Notes under the pieces: generated by a model
Databases searched by the model: none
The model's input: only the letters and a program-made list of their open reading frames with translations
What the model was told of the DNA's origin: nothing
Position numbers and translations under genes: made by a program
Part shown: piece by piece, positions 23,246-35,835 of the stretch
Numbering within the stretch: position 1 is the first letter of the stretch
Layout of the letters: every line of letters begins with the position of its first letter
Assembly: GCF_006345805.1 (NCBI RefSeq)
Contig: NC_043001.1
Location: 35,588,001-35,652,000 of the forward strand
Reading direction: 5' to 3'
DNA length: 64,000 nt
From: Octopus sinensis
Lineage: Eukaryota

Positions 23246-23391
23246 ATTATTATTATCATTATCATTATTATTATTATTCGAACTTGGAATCTTGGGATTA
23301 GTAGCCCGTGCTCTTAACCACGGGCATATGGTGGGTAGTTAAGAGCGCACGCTGCTAACCCCAATATTCCGAGTTCGATTCCAGGCAGTGA

Positions 23392-23477
<86 letters not shown>

Positions 23478-23518
23478 TTAATAATGAAGATGATGATGAT
23501 GATAAAGATGATTATATA

Positions 23519-23570
<52 letters not shown>

Positions 23571-23571
<1 letters not shown>

Positions 23572-23909
23572 GGGGAGCATCATACCCATGTGTTGAGAGG
23601 AATTCTTTAGGTTTGGATATTTCACATCTGGAAACAGGGGTGGGTGGTTCTTTCAACATCCTTAAAAACAACCCTTATTCAGGGACCTTTTGAGCAGGAT
23701 GGCTACTACGACTGAAGAAAATTCTAACTGGGCCCCACCTGCAAGGTCATGCGCTGTTTATCTTGATATGAGATCACCATGTCGCGCAATATGGTTGTGA
23801 TGCATGTGCCTAGTGTACCCTTATCAGACGGGTAGTCATGATGGGTATCCGGGGCTTCGTATATTTTACCCCAGTGCCACTTTGATGGATGCACTGCTCT
23901 CTCACTCAA
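23571..23909 (+). mobile_element. Family D, 5'-truncated copy in (AAT)n
   Basis: Matches only the 3' ~340 bp of 20073-20625. Confidence 0.85.
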
Positions 23910-23959
23910 TATAATAATAATAATAATATAATAATAATAATAATAACAACAACAATAAA

Positions 23960-24133
23960 AACATCAAAAAATACCTTAGGAATGAGAACCCAGGTTCGAG
24001 ATTTTCCCAAGACACCCGATGAAGGCTGGAGGTTATATCAGCCGAAACGTTGTTAACAACAAACAAGATGAGGACAAATATCAGTCTAATGTAAATAATG
24101 CTCATAATTTCCTCATCTCTTAAGTATAGAACT
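23960..24133 (+). mobile_element. Short repeat with degenerate hammerhead motif (24011-24054)
   Basis: GACAC-CCGAUGA-A-GGCUG(10 nt)CAGCC-GAAAC-GUU-GU; U4C change and weak stem I. Confidence 0.65.
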
Positions 24134-24197
24134 ATATAATCTATCTATTTATTTATCTATCTATCTATCTGGCTGTCTGTCTGTCTATCTATCCATC

Positions 24198-24428
24198 TAT
24201 TTCTTTAGTATCCACAAAGGGCTAAACACAGAGAGGACAAACAAGTACAGACAAACGGATTAAGTCGATTATATCGCACTGGTGCGTAACTGGTACTTAT
24301 TTAATCGACTCCGAAAGGATGAAAGGCAAAGCCGACCTGGGCGGAATTTGAACTCAGAACGTAACGGCAGACGAAATACGGCTACGCATTTCGCCCGGCG
24401 TGCTAACGTTTCTGCCAGCTCTCCGCCT
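24198..24428 (-). mobile_element. SINE family B
   Basis: Family match. Confidence 0.88.
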
Positions 24429-24709
24429 TCGCTATTTATCTATCCACCTATCTATCTATCTATCTATCTATCTTTTCTTCCCTTTTACGATCCCTCTTGA
24501 TCGAAAACCTACGCCACCCCCTTTTTTCAACCCCCAAAGAAAAGCTCTACCTTGTAACTTGTCCCATCTGTGTGCAGCCTGTGTGGCCAATAAAGAAACT
24601 TATCTATCTATCTATCTATCTATCTATATATCTATCTATCTATTTATCTATCTATCTATCTTTCTGTCTGTCTGTCTATCCCTCCATCCATCCGTTCATA
24701 TATATATAT

Positions 24710-24748
<39 letters not shown>

Positions 24749-25405
24749 CTATATACATATATGTTTGTATATATATGTGTGTTTTATTTCATCTCCCCCT
24801 CCTCTCTCTCTCTCTCTCTCTCGTGACACGTATTGTCTGTCGTAGTTTTGCTTTAGTTAAATTCGTTTCTTTTTAGTTGTTTTTCAAATATTTCCCATCC
24901 CACAAATATTTATCCAATATACACACGCATATGTCTGCATCTGTGTAATATTTTTTTTTTTTTTTTTGCTTTCTTATTTTTCCCTGGGTGCGTCAATATA
25001 CTTGCATATGTGACTGAGACCTTCTCTTCACCACCACCACCACCACCCCTCCCCATCGTCTCCTCTACACTCCTTCTGCACCTCTTTCTTTCTCGTCCAC
25101 TCCTGTCACTCTTCACTACCCCCCCACCCACCCCACTACCACAACTATGAATTTTCGCCTCCACATGCCCTGATGACTCCGCTCGTCTTCTCTTCTACCT
25201 CTGTCTCGCCTCCTTTCCATTACACTTTAGCGGGACAGAAAAGAAATAAATATTTATACATGTAAATACACCAGAAGATATTTCGCAATACGTAACCCAT
25301 TTTTTACTTGTTAATATTATTGATGATATCATTCATATATGCATATACATGTAATCCATACATACACGCATAGAGAGGCAGAGACAGAGTATATATATAT
25401 ATATA

Positions 25406-25441
<36 letters not shown>

Positions 25442-25652
25442 CAACATATATATATATATATACATAGATATATATATACATATATACATACACATACATA
25501 TATATACATATATATTATATATATATCAAACACACATATATATATATACATACATATATATCATATATGTGTGTGTGTGTGTGTGTGTGTATGTATATAT
25601 ATGTATGTGTATGTATATATATATATATGTATATATATATATGTATATATGT

Positions 25653-25729
<77 letters not shown>

Positions 25730-26169
25730 TATATATATATATATATACTCTGTCTCTGCTCTCTACATGTATTATTATTTTTATTGTTTTGCATTACCGA
25801 CTAATGTTATCATCATCATCATCATCATCATCATCACTATTGTTTTGGTTATTAACACTGTTGTTTTTGTTAGTTTTATTTGTCTGTGTTGCTGTTTACG
25901 TATAGCTGTTTGCCTTTTATTGTCTTTTTTTTAGTTGTTGTTTTTTTATCTTTATTTCGATTGTCTATTTATGGCCCCGCCTTTGTTGTAGACATCTAGT
26001 CGTTCGGATGACTGTATGAAATTCATTTTTCATTCGCTGACAAAAGTTTGGCCACCCAAACTCTCCCGTCGAAGACAACGTGTGAGTGTTCAGTTTTGTG
26101 TGTGTGTGTTTACTGAACGACCTTCACAAATGATTTGTTTATAGTGCCCTGCGTTAGCTCCGTTCCAGC

Positions 26170-26955
26170 ATCAAATCGATATTACCTGAACAGGTACACG
26201 GTGTACGACGCGTCGCGTCAGGTGTCGAAATGATCGCAGAACAGCGTGAGATGAAGTGTTTTGCTCAAGAACACAATGCACCTCCTGGTCTAGGAATTGA
26301 AACCACGATGTCGCGATCGTGAGCGCAACACAATAACCACTTGGCCATGCGTCCTCATTATAATAAGTCCTTTCTACCATAGGCACAAGGCCTGAAATTT
26401 TGGGGGAAGGACTAGTCGATCACATCGACCCCAGTATTCAACTGGTACTTAATTTATCGAATCCGAAAGGATGAAAGGCAAAGTCGACTTCGGCGGAACT
26501 TGAACTCAGATCGCAGCGACGGGCGAAATACTTATTTCTATTTCTTTACTACCCAAAGGGAGCTAAACACAGAGAGGACAAACAAGGACAAACAAACGGG
26601 TTATGTCGATTATATCGACCCCAGTGCGTAACTGGTATTTAATTTATCGACCCAGAAAGGATGAAAGGCAAAGTCGACTTCGGCGGAACTTGAACTCAGA
26701 TCGCAGCGACGGGCGAAATACTTATTTCTATTTCTTTACTACCCACAAGGGGCTAAACACAGAGAGGACAAACAAGGACAGACAAACGGATTAAGTCGAT
26801 TACATCGACGCCAGTGCGTAACTGGTACTTATTTAATCGACCCCGAAAGGATGAAAGGCAAAGTCGACCTCGGCTGTATTTGATCTCAGAACGTAGCGGC
26901 AAACGAAATACCGCTAAGCATTTCGTCCAGCGTGTTAACGATTCTTCCAGCTCGC
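26170..26955 (-). mobile_element. Diverged SINE C (26170-26350) followed by a three-unit SINE B multimer (26368-26955)
   Basis: B core recurs at ~190-bp spacing. Confidence 0.8.
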
Positions 26956-26986
26956 TGTCTTAACATCAACAACAACAACAACAATC

Positions 26987-27018
<32 letters not shown>

Positions 27019-27243
27019 TAATAATAATAATAATAATAGTAATAATAATAATTTTGACTCTATATCTTCAAGAGGATTTACCACAATCCTTTATATATTA
27101 ATCAAAATGAAGAACATTGACAAATATATTTTTTGAACCAGTTGAAGACACACAGGATTGTCGAAATATCGTTCACTAGATAACAATGGCACTGTTCTTT
27201 TAATTTTGACTTTAATAATAATAATATAATAATAATAATGATG

Positions 27244-27281
<38 letters not shown>

Positions 27282-27739
27282 TAATAATAATAATAATAAT
27301 TTCACGTATTTGCCACAAGGGCGAAAATAATTATGCTACAAACACGGCCACAACCCCGTCGAATTTCTTAATCTATATCTACTGTTTTTCTCTTGCGGCC
27401 CTGACCCCGTTTCCGTATTACTGCCATCGTCACCATCTGCTGCTGTGGCTACTCCCCCTATTCCTACATCCTTGTCTTTCATGCCTGGGTGGTGGCTAAA
27501 AGTGTTTCATAACAACCAGTTGATTAATGAATTATAGAAATGGTCACATGTCTGGCAAATGATTGATAGCAATTTCACGAGGTTAACGTAAAAGACAAAA
27601 GAAAAAGTAAGGAGTGGTAAGAGAAGTGGGTGTTCGTGTGGGGTTGGGCGGGAAAAAGAAGAAGGAGAAAAGCAGAATGATGGGGAAGGGGTCTGCTACA
27701 AAGAAGGAGAAAATGATTGAGATGTTCTTGGCGACAAAA

Positions 27740-27751
27740 GACGACGACGAC

Positions 27752-27786
<35 letters not shown>

Positions 27787-27869
27787 CGATGATGACGACG
27801 ATGATGATGATGACGATGATGATGATAATGACGACGACGTTGATGATGATGATGATGATAATGACGACG

Positions 27870-27900
<31 letters not shown>

Positions 27901-28173
27901 GGCCATTAATGATGACGATGATGATGACGTCGACGACGATGATAATGATGATGATGATGACGAGGATGACGATGATGATAAGTAGAAGGAGGACGAGGAG
28001 GAATAGAAGCAGGTTGAGGACGATGATGGTGGCGACGAGGGTTTAATATGGCCGTCGTCGTGAAGATGAAGAGGAAAATGGTGGTGGTTGTAGTGGTGGT
28101 GGAGGAGGTGGTGGTGGTGTTGTTGTTGGTGGTGGTTGTGTTGGTGTTGGTCGTGGTGTTGTTGATGTTGTTG

Positions 28174-28205
<32 letters not shown>

Positions 28206-28437
28206 GGTGATGGTGGTGATGATGATGTTGGGGCAGATAGCAACCATAATGACGATGATATTGATGATGGCAATCATGATGCAGATGGTGTTAATGATGG
28301 TGATGATGATGATGATGTTGATAGGAAAGAGGAAGGTGACGGACGAGGAGGAGGAGTGAGGTTAAACGAAAACGAGAAGATGGAGAATACAAATGATGCT
28401 CGATTGGAAGAAGAAAAAGATGATGTTGATGATGATT

Positions 28438-28468
<31 letters not shown>

Positions 28469-28601
28469 CGGCGATGGGGAAGATGACGATGACGATGAAG
28501 AAAAAAGAAAGAAAAGAAAAAGACAGAAAAAAAAAGAACGAAACAAAGAACAAACAAAAAAGAAGTTGGTAGTGGAGGAGGAGGAGGGAGGAGGAGAAGT
28601 T

Positions 28602-28660
<59 letters not shown>

Positions 28661-28670
28661 GGTAGTAGTG

Positions 28671-28707
<37 letters not shown>

Positions 28708-28760
28708 AGAAGAAGAAGAAGGTAATGACAACGACAACGATAGTTATGACGATGATGATA
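27740..28760. repeat. Compound (GAT)n/(GGT)n/(GTA)n low-complexity block
   Basis: Seen directly. Confidence 0.9.
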
Positions 28761-28934
28761 AAGGAGTGGCGTTGTTGGAGGCGAAGAAGCAAGGCTGAGG
28801 CAGAAGATGAAGGGAATTCCGTTGATGAGAACTTCGCTATCAATGACGGCTGAGCAAAAATTAACAAAACGTATCAAAATAAACCCAAGAAATGAGTAAA
28901 TGACTGTTGACGGTGATGAAACGATGTGAATATT

Positions 28935-29830
28935 CCTTTTTTTTTTCTACTCTAGGCACAAGGGGAGGGTGCCAGTTGACCCCCGTACGCAACTGGTTCT
29001 AAATTTATCGGCCCGAAAGGATGAAAGGCAAAGTCGACATCGGCGGAATTTGAACTCAGAAGCAGTGTGAATATACTTTTCTACTCTAGGCACAAGGCCT
29101 GAAATTTTGGGGGAGAGGTCAGTCGATTAGATCGACCCCAATACGCAACTGGTACTTAATTTATCGACCCTGGAAGGATGAAAGTCAAAGTCGACCTCAG
29201 CGGAATTTGAACTCAGAAGCGGTGTGAATATTCTTTTCTACTCTAGGCACAAGGTCCAAAATTTTGGGGAGGGGTCAGTCGATTAGATCGACCCCAGTAC
29301 GCAACTGGTTCTAAATTTATCGGCCCCGAAAGGATGAAAGGCAAAGTCGACATCGGCGGAATTTGAACTCAGAAGCGGTGTGAATATTCTTTTCTACTCT
29401 AGGCACAAGGCCTGAAATTTTGGGGGAGAGGTCAGTCGATTAGATCGACCCCAATACGCAACTGGTACTTAATTTATCGACCCTGGAAGGATGAAAGTCA
29501 AAGTCGACCTCAGCGGAATTTGAACTCAGAAGCGGTGTGAATATTCTTTTCTACTCTAGGCACAAGGCCTGAAATTTGTGGGGAGAGGTCAGTCGATTAG
29601 ATCGACCCCAGTACGCAACTGGTATTTAATTTATCGACCCCGAAAGGATGGATGAAAGGTAAAGTCGACATCGGCGAAATTTGAACTCAGAAACGGAGCG
29701 AATATTCTTTTCTACTGTAGGAACAAGGCCGGAGATTTAGAGTGAGGGGGCCAATCAACCTCAGTACGCAACTGGTTCTTAATTTATCGACCCTGGAAGG
29801 ATGAAAGGCGGAATTTGATCTCAGAAACGC
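28935..29830 (-). repeat. SINE-B-derived tandem array, ~157-bp unit, ~5.7 copies
   Basis: Unit starts at about 29061, 29218, 29374, 29531 and 29692. Confidence 0.92.
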
Positions 29831-30547
29831 TATGAATATTGGCTGACGTTTGGTTTATTTGAATATTGCAGTGGTGGTGGTGGTGGTGGTGGTGGTGGTG
29901 GTAGTGGTGTTAGTGACGTTGGCAGTGGTGGTAGTAGTGTTGACAGTAGAGGTAGTGGTGTTGTGTTGATGGTGGTGATAATGCTAATGGTGTTGATTCA
30001 ATTGTTCGTATAAGCAGTTGTGCTTGGTGATGGTGATCTGTTTTTGATTTTGCAATTGGTGGCAGGGTGATGGGGGGTGATCGTCGTGGTCTTCGTGGTC
30101 GTCGTCGTCGTCGTGGTCGTCGCGGTCTTCGCCACCGCCCCCAGCTGGTCGTCATCGTCGTGACGATCGTGACGACAGAGAGACGCTGACAGAAATGGGG
30201 CAGTTGGAAATTTGTAGAAGATGGCGAGAAATAAAGGAGAGCTTCGAGATTAAGCAAACAGCCGGAGATGTCATGGGTGTTGTTGTAATGATAAGAAACT
30301 ACGATGCATATTAAGGATTAGCCCCTTAAACCCCTTGGTTAATCCTAGACGTGCAAAGGCTCTAATTAAGTCAACATCTGTTAGAAGCTACCTATTTATT
30401 TCCTGGCTAACTAAGAATAAAATTTCATGAAAAAAAAAGAGAAAAATAGATTCATCGAAGTTTCTGTACCAATCGAAATGGCCAAAACACATGGCCAAGC
30501 TGTTATTTGCAGCTCATCAAGTCATATACGGTTTGGTGTGTGTGTGT

Positions 30548-30589
<42 letters not shown>

Positions 30590-30594
30590 CGTGT

Positions 30595-31040
30595 GTGCGT
30601 GTCTGTGTTTCTCCTCCCACCATCGCTTGACAATCGTTGATGGTGCGTTTACCTCCCCGTAACTTAGTAGTTCGGCAAAAGACACCGGTAGAATAAAAAC
30701 CAGGCTTACAAAGAATAAATCATAGGGTCGATTTGTTCGACTAAAGGCGGTGCTCCAGCATAGCCGCATTCAAATGACTGAAATAGGTAAAAGGATATAA
30801 GATTATATATACATATATATTAAGTAGTTAAGTTGTTGCACTCGGTTCAGCGTGGGTCGAGCAAATATATATTTATTTCTTTACTACCCACAAGGGGCTA
30901 AACATAGAGGGGACAAACAAAGACAGACAAACAGATTAAGTCGATTACATCGACCCCAGTGCGTAACTAGCACTTAATTTATCGACCTCGAAAGGATGAA
31001 AGGCAAAGTCGACCTCGGCGGAATTTGAACTCAGAACGTT
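30595..31040. mobile_element. SINE A 3' half (+, 30595-30800) and SINE B fragment (-, 30872-31040)
   Basis: Family matches. Confidence 0.8.
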
Positions 31041-31147
31041 GGGAAGCAACGGTACATCCGCTTCCTTTCCAAAATGGTTTCGGAAGAGTCCCATTTTCCT
31101 ACTGGTTCCGCGAGATTAGACGTCTTTTAATAAAATTTTATAAACAT

Positions 31148-31304
31148 AAACAATTGCAGCGTGGAAGGTGTTTGTAAAGCCATTTAAGAAACACACAAAA
31201 GCCTTTCGATTCACTTCAACATTTAAGTTTAATTTGTCAAAATATTTTCGTTGCTTTTGTGTTTCTTAAATGGCTTACAAACACCTTCCACGCTGCAATT
31301 GTTT
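31148..31304. repeat. ~46-bp inverted repeat around a ~64-bp spacer
   Basis: 31148-31194 is the reverse complement of 31259-31304 with a 1-nt indel. Confidence 0.9.
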
Positions 31305-31823
31305 TCGTTTCAGCACACGATCTCAGATCAAATCACTTGCTTTGCAAGTACATCTCAGTAATTTATAAACATATTTTAATTTTTTAAATAATTCTTTCAC
31401 GTTCCGCCTCACACGAAGACGGAAAGTGCCGCTGAAGAGGCAGCAGTATCCTTTCAGACCTTTTCTAAAATATTAGTATATATATGTTTCTTCATTCAAA
31501 AATTTATGAACCAATTTTTACTTTCAGTAACTTTCAGAATATGTAGATTTGAGAAAGAAACAATCAGCCCCACTGTCTCTAGTTTGCTCATTCTTAGTAA
31601 GAAAGTATATATCCTTACAGGAATCAAATAGTCGGTACATACGTATGCTGAAAGGTATGTTAACATTATGAAATACTAACCAGAAAGAGGTGATGTAGGC
31701 ACTCTCTAGCAAACGGTAGCAGAAAATATCATAGCAACTATAATCTGAATAATATCCGTACACGTAAGGTGTTCGAAGTTAACTAACCAGATATTAAGGA
31801 TCACCAGAAAGAAAGGACTCATA

Positions 31824-32240
31824 GGCGCAGGAGTGGCTGTGTGGTAAGTGGCTTGTTTACCAGCCACAAGGTTCCGGGTTCAGTCCCACTGCGTGGCACC
31901 TTGGGCAAGTGTCTTCTACTATAGCTTCGGACCGACCAAAGCCTTGTGAGTGGATTTGGTAGACGGAAACTGAAAGAAGCCCGTCGTATATATATGTATA
32001 TGTATATAAATATATGTGTGTGTGTGTGTTTGTGTGTTTGTGTTTGTCCCCCCAACATCGCTTGACAACCGATGCTGGTGTGTTAACGTCCCTGTAACTT
32101 AGCGGTTCGGTAAAAGAGACCGATAGAATAAGTACTAGACTTACAATGAATAAGTCCTGGGGTCGATTTGCTCGACCAAAGGTGGTGTTCCAGCATGGCC
32201 GGAGTCAAATGACTGAAACAAGTAAAAGAGTGAAAGAGTA
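31824..32240 (+). mobile_element. SINE family A, full length
   Basis: Family match. Confidence 0.9.
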
Positions 32241-32599
32241 AATATAAAAAGATCCGGAAATGGAGAAAGTGTCGGAGAATGCGGTAGGGAAAGTGATGTA
32301 TGCACAAAGATATTTTTTATGAGTATTTTAGGAATGATCAGATCATGGAAATAGTTTAACCAAAATCCCAAGACTTGCACAACAAACAGAAAGATGCGCT
32401 ACGAGATACAGAAATCATGGAATAATAACAATAGTGAATAATGATAATAATGTTTTCTGATTTAGGAACAAAACCAACAATTTTGAGAGTTTTAATCGTT
32501 ACCATCTCACCCTGTTCTTGACTGGTACGTTATCGTAATGCTTCTCAAGGGATGAAAGGCAGATTCGAGTTCTACGGGATTTGAACTTGGAAAGGAAGG

Positions 32600-33161
32600 A
32601 CTCAAAGCAAGTAGCTGGGGTTGCCTGCTGGAACCTAGCGGCAGGTATTTAGGTGCCGAGCTGGCAGAAACGTTAGCACGAAATGCTTAGCGGTGTTTCG
32701 TCTGCCGCTACGTTCTGAGTTCAAATTCCACCGAGGTCGACTTTGCCTTTCATCCTTTCAGGGTCGATTAAATAAGTACCAGTTACGCACTGGGGTCGAT
32801 ATAATCGACTTAATCCGTTTGTCTGTCCTTGTTTGTCCTCTCTGTGTTTAGCCCCTTGTGGGTAATAAAGAAATAGGTATTTAAAGGGAAAATTTGACAA
32901 GTCAGTCAGTCACCGGCTGACACTCGTTGACGCTACATCGAAGAGGCCAGGGAACAGAAGAAAGACGAAGAAAGAAGACATGCACTCAACACCAGAGCTG
33001 AAGACACCCTCGAAAGTGGGGGGGGGGCACGTCAAAACGGTAGAGAACTAGGGGCGGAAACCGGACGTGGTTCCTCCTGATGATGTCTTGAGCTAACTGG
33101 ACCCAATAAAGGAGCTGTTGTGGTAGCAGGTCACAAAACACGGTTGCTATTCCTCCTAACA
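32600..33161 (+). mobile_element. Possible solo-LTR remnant interrupted by SINE B (32652-32881)
   Basis: GC-richer island. Removing the SINE (aggtattta duplicated) restores a TATA-like ggtatttaaagg; AATAAA near 33105; ends ...taaca. No 5' TG or TSD found. Confidence 0.35.
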
Positions 33162-33630
33162 TTCTCGACGTACTAACGAATCTGCCACTTAGTTAGTTAT
33201 TGCAGTATTTCATTATTTATTATTATTTGCTTCCGAATATATTCCAACTTTATCAGTGAGAATAAACATCTGGTTGGAAACAGCAACATTGCGCTAGATC
33301 TGTACAAGACAATGTCAACCCGCATAAACTCAATATTATAATAGAAAACATATAAAAAGGCATATATGTACGTACATACATACATTTCTTTATACACACA
33401 GACACATACGCAGACATATAGACATACATGTATACCCAATGTACATATGTATATATATGTGTGTGTTTATTTATTTGTTAGTTTATACCTACTTTAAAAA
33501 AGCATAATGCGCATGTACGTAAATGTGTTTATATAATATAGAAATAAACACAATAGATAATTCTGAAATGCAAAAATGAACGGCAACAACAACTAGAATA
33601 TTAATAGTTCTGTGTTTTTTTTTTGTTTTG

Positions 33631-33661
<31 letters not shown>

Positions 33662-34248
33662 GTTTTTAAATTGCAGCATATTTATCATCTACAACAGCAT
33701 CGCCCAAATCATTAACAACAACACCAAATCATTGAAATATAAAAAAGAAAATATCATTGCTACAACAAACAACAAAGAAATCTAAAGAAATTCGGCAGCA
33801 CTAGTAAGAGAAACGTAGCGCAACAGCGACAGTAGTAACAAATGCAACAGAAAAAGAGACCAACATGAACAACAGCAATAGAAGAAGCGCAACAAGAGCA
33901 AGAGCAACAACAACAACAACAATCGCAGCAATAGTAACGGTATTAGTGACAGCAATGCAGCCAAGAAAAACAGGAGCTTCTAAATTTACTGCAAACCATT
34001 TCGGAAAAAATTAATACAATCTTGAGGCGATTCATTTATTGAAAAAGAAAAAAGAAAAGAAATGTATTAAATATTAAAAGAGGATAATGGTAAGGATAAT
34101 GTTGACGTTGACTATAGTGATAATGATAGCGGCGGCGGCGAAGATGATGATGGTGGTTGTGGTGGTGGTGGTGGTGACGACGATGATGATGATGGTGATA
34201 GTGATGGTAAATGACGCTCATGACAATGGCGACGAAAATCACGACGAA

Positions 34249-34320
<72 letters not shown>

Positions 34321-34324
<4 letters not shown>

Positions 34325-34800
34325 ATGATGAGGTTGATGATGGAAGTGGTGGTGACAATGGAGGTGGTGATGATGATGACAAAGATGACGAAGACGAAGA
34401 CGAAGAGGAGGGGAGGAGTGGAAGGAGAAGGAGGAGGAGGCGTAGAAGAAAGAGAATGATGATGATGATGAGGAGGATTATGATGAGGATGATAATGGAA
34501 GTGGTGGTGACAATGGAGGTGATGATGATGATGACAAAGATGACGAAGACGAAGAGGAGGAGGAGGGGAGGAGTGGAAGGAGAAGGAGGAGGAGGCGTAG
34601 AAGAAAGAGAATGATGATGATGATGATGATGATGATGATTATGATGAGGATGATGATAGAAGTGGTGGTGACAATGGAGGTGATGATGATGATGACAAAG
34701 ATGACGAAGATGAAGACGAAGAGGAGGGGAGGAGTGGAAGGAAGGGGAAGATAAGGAGTAGAAGAAAGAGGATGATGATGATGATGATGATGGTGGTGGT
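34321..34800. repeat. Minisatellite, ~155-161-bp unit x3, built from trinucleotide segments
   Basis: gattatgatgagg...ggaagtggtggtgacaatggagg...gaagaaagag recurs at 34321, 34476 and 34637. Confidence 0.85.
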
Positions 34801-35282
34801 GGCTTTCTTGTAGGATAATGTCAGGATATTGGAAATCTGGATTTTTTTCTAAAGATATTTATAAACCTTTAACAGTCATCGTCATCATCATCGTCGTCGT
34901 CATCGTCGTCGCCATCATCATCATCATCATCATCAACATGATAATGGAAATGAGTTTTTGCAAGAGTTCTATTCTACTCACCTTCCTCCTCTCCTTTCTC
35001 CTCTTCCTTCTGCACCCCATCCTTCACCCAATTGTTCTTTCTACCACTGATTCTCATCACCATCACAATTTTTAACATCAACTTGTTCCATTAGTTTCCA
35101 AGTGTTCAACAATGTCACAATATGCATTTCTTGAAAACGTTAGCACACAAACATAAATGCATATACGAAAATGAAATCATTTTGTAAACCCAATATTTTA
35201 AAATTCCTTTTTATAGGTTTATCTACTTGGAGTGCCACCGTTGAAAAATTTAAAAAAAACATTATTATTTTACGTATTATTA

Positions 35283-35424
35283 GGCGTAGGAGTGGTTGTG
35301 TGGTAAGTACCTTGCTTACCAACCACATGGTTCCGGGTTCAGTCCCGCTGCATGGCACCTTGGATAAGTGTCTTCTACTCTAGCCTATATGTATATATAT
35401 GTATGTATGTATATATATATATAT

Positions 35425-35455
<31 letters not shown>

Positions 35456-35733
35456 ATATATATATGTATGTTGTATGTATGTATGTATGTATGTATGTAT
35501 GTATGTATGTATGTGTATATGTTTTTTGTGTCTGTATTTGTCCCCCCAACATCGCTTGACAACAGATGCTGGTGTGTTTACGTCCCCGTAATTTAGCGGT
35601 TTGGAGAAAGAGACCGATAGAATAAGTACTAGGCTTACAAAGAATAAGTCCCGGGGTCGATTTGCTCGACAAAAGGCGGTGATCCAGCATGGCCACAGTC
35701 AAATGACTGAAACAAGTAAGAGAGTAAAAGAGA
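35283..35733 (+). mobile_element. SINE family A, full length
   Basis: Family match. Confidence 0.9.
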
Positions 35734-35805
35734 GTTGCGTATCTTTCAAGTTTCTACATTCCCACGAATTCAAATTTGCATGTGCATAAAAGAATTTAGT
35801 TGCAA

Positions 35806-35835
35806 TTTCTAGAAGATTCTAGAAGGTTCTAGAAA
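35806..35835. promoter_or_regulatory. Perfect heat-shock-element-like array (six alternating nGAAn units)
   Basis: TTCtaGAAgaTTCtaGAAggTTCtaGAA, with a further TTCcgGAA at 35845. Function not shown. Confidence 0.45.

Noticed and set aside
27614-28877. Acidic poly-D/E, poly-S and poly-T ORFs
   Set aside because: Trinucleotide low-complexity DNA lacking stop codons.
34087-34614. 175-aa acidic ORF
   Set aside because: Product of (GAT)n and the minisatellite.
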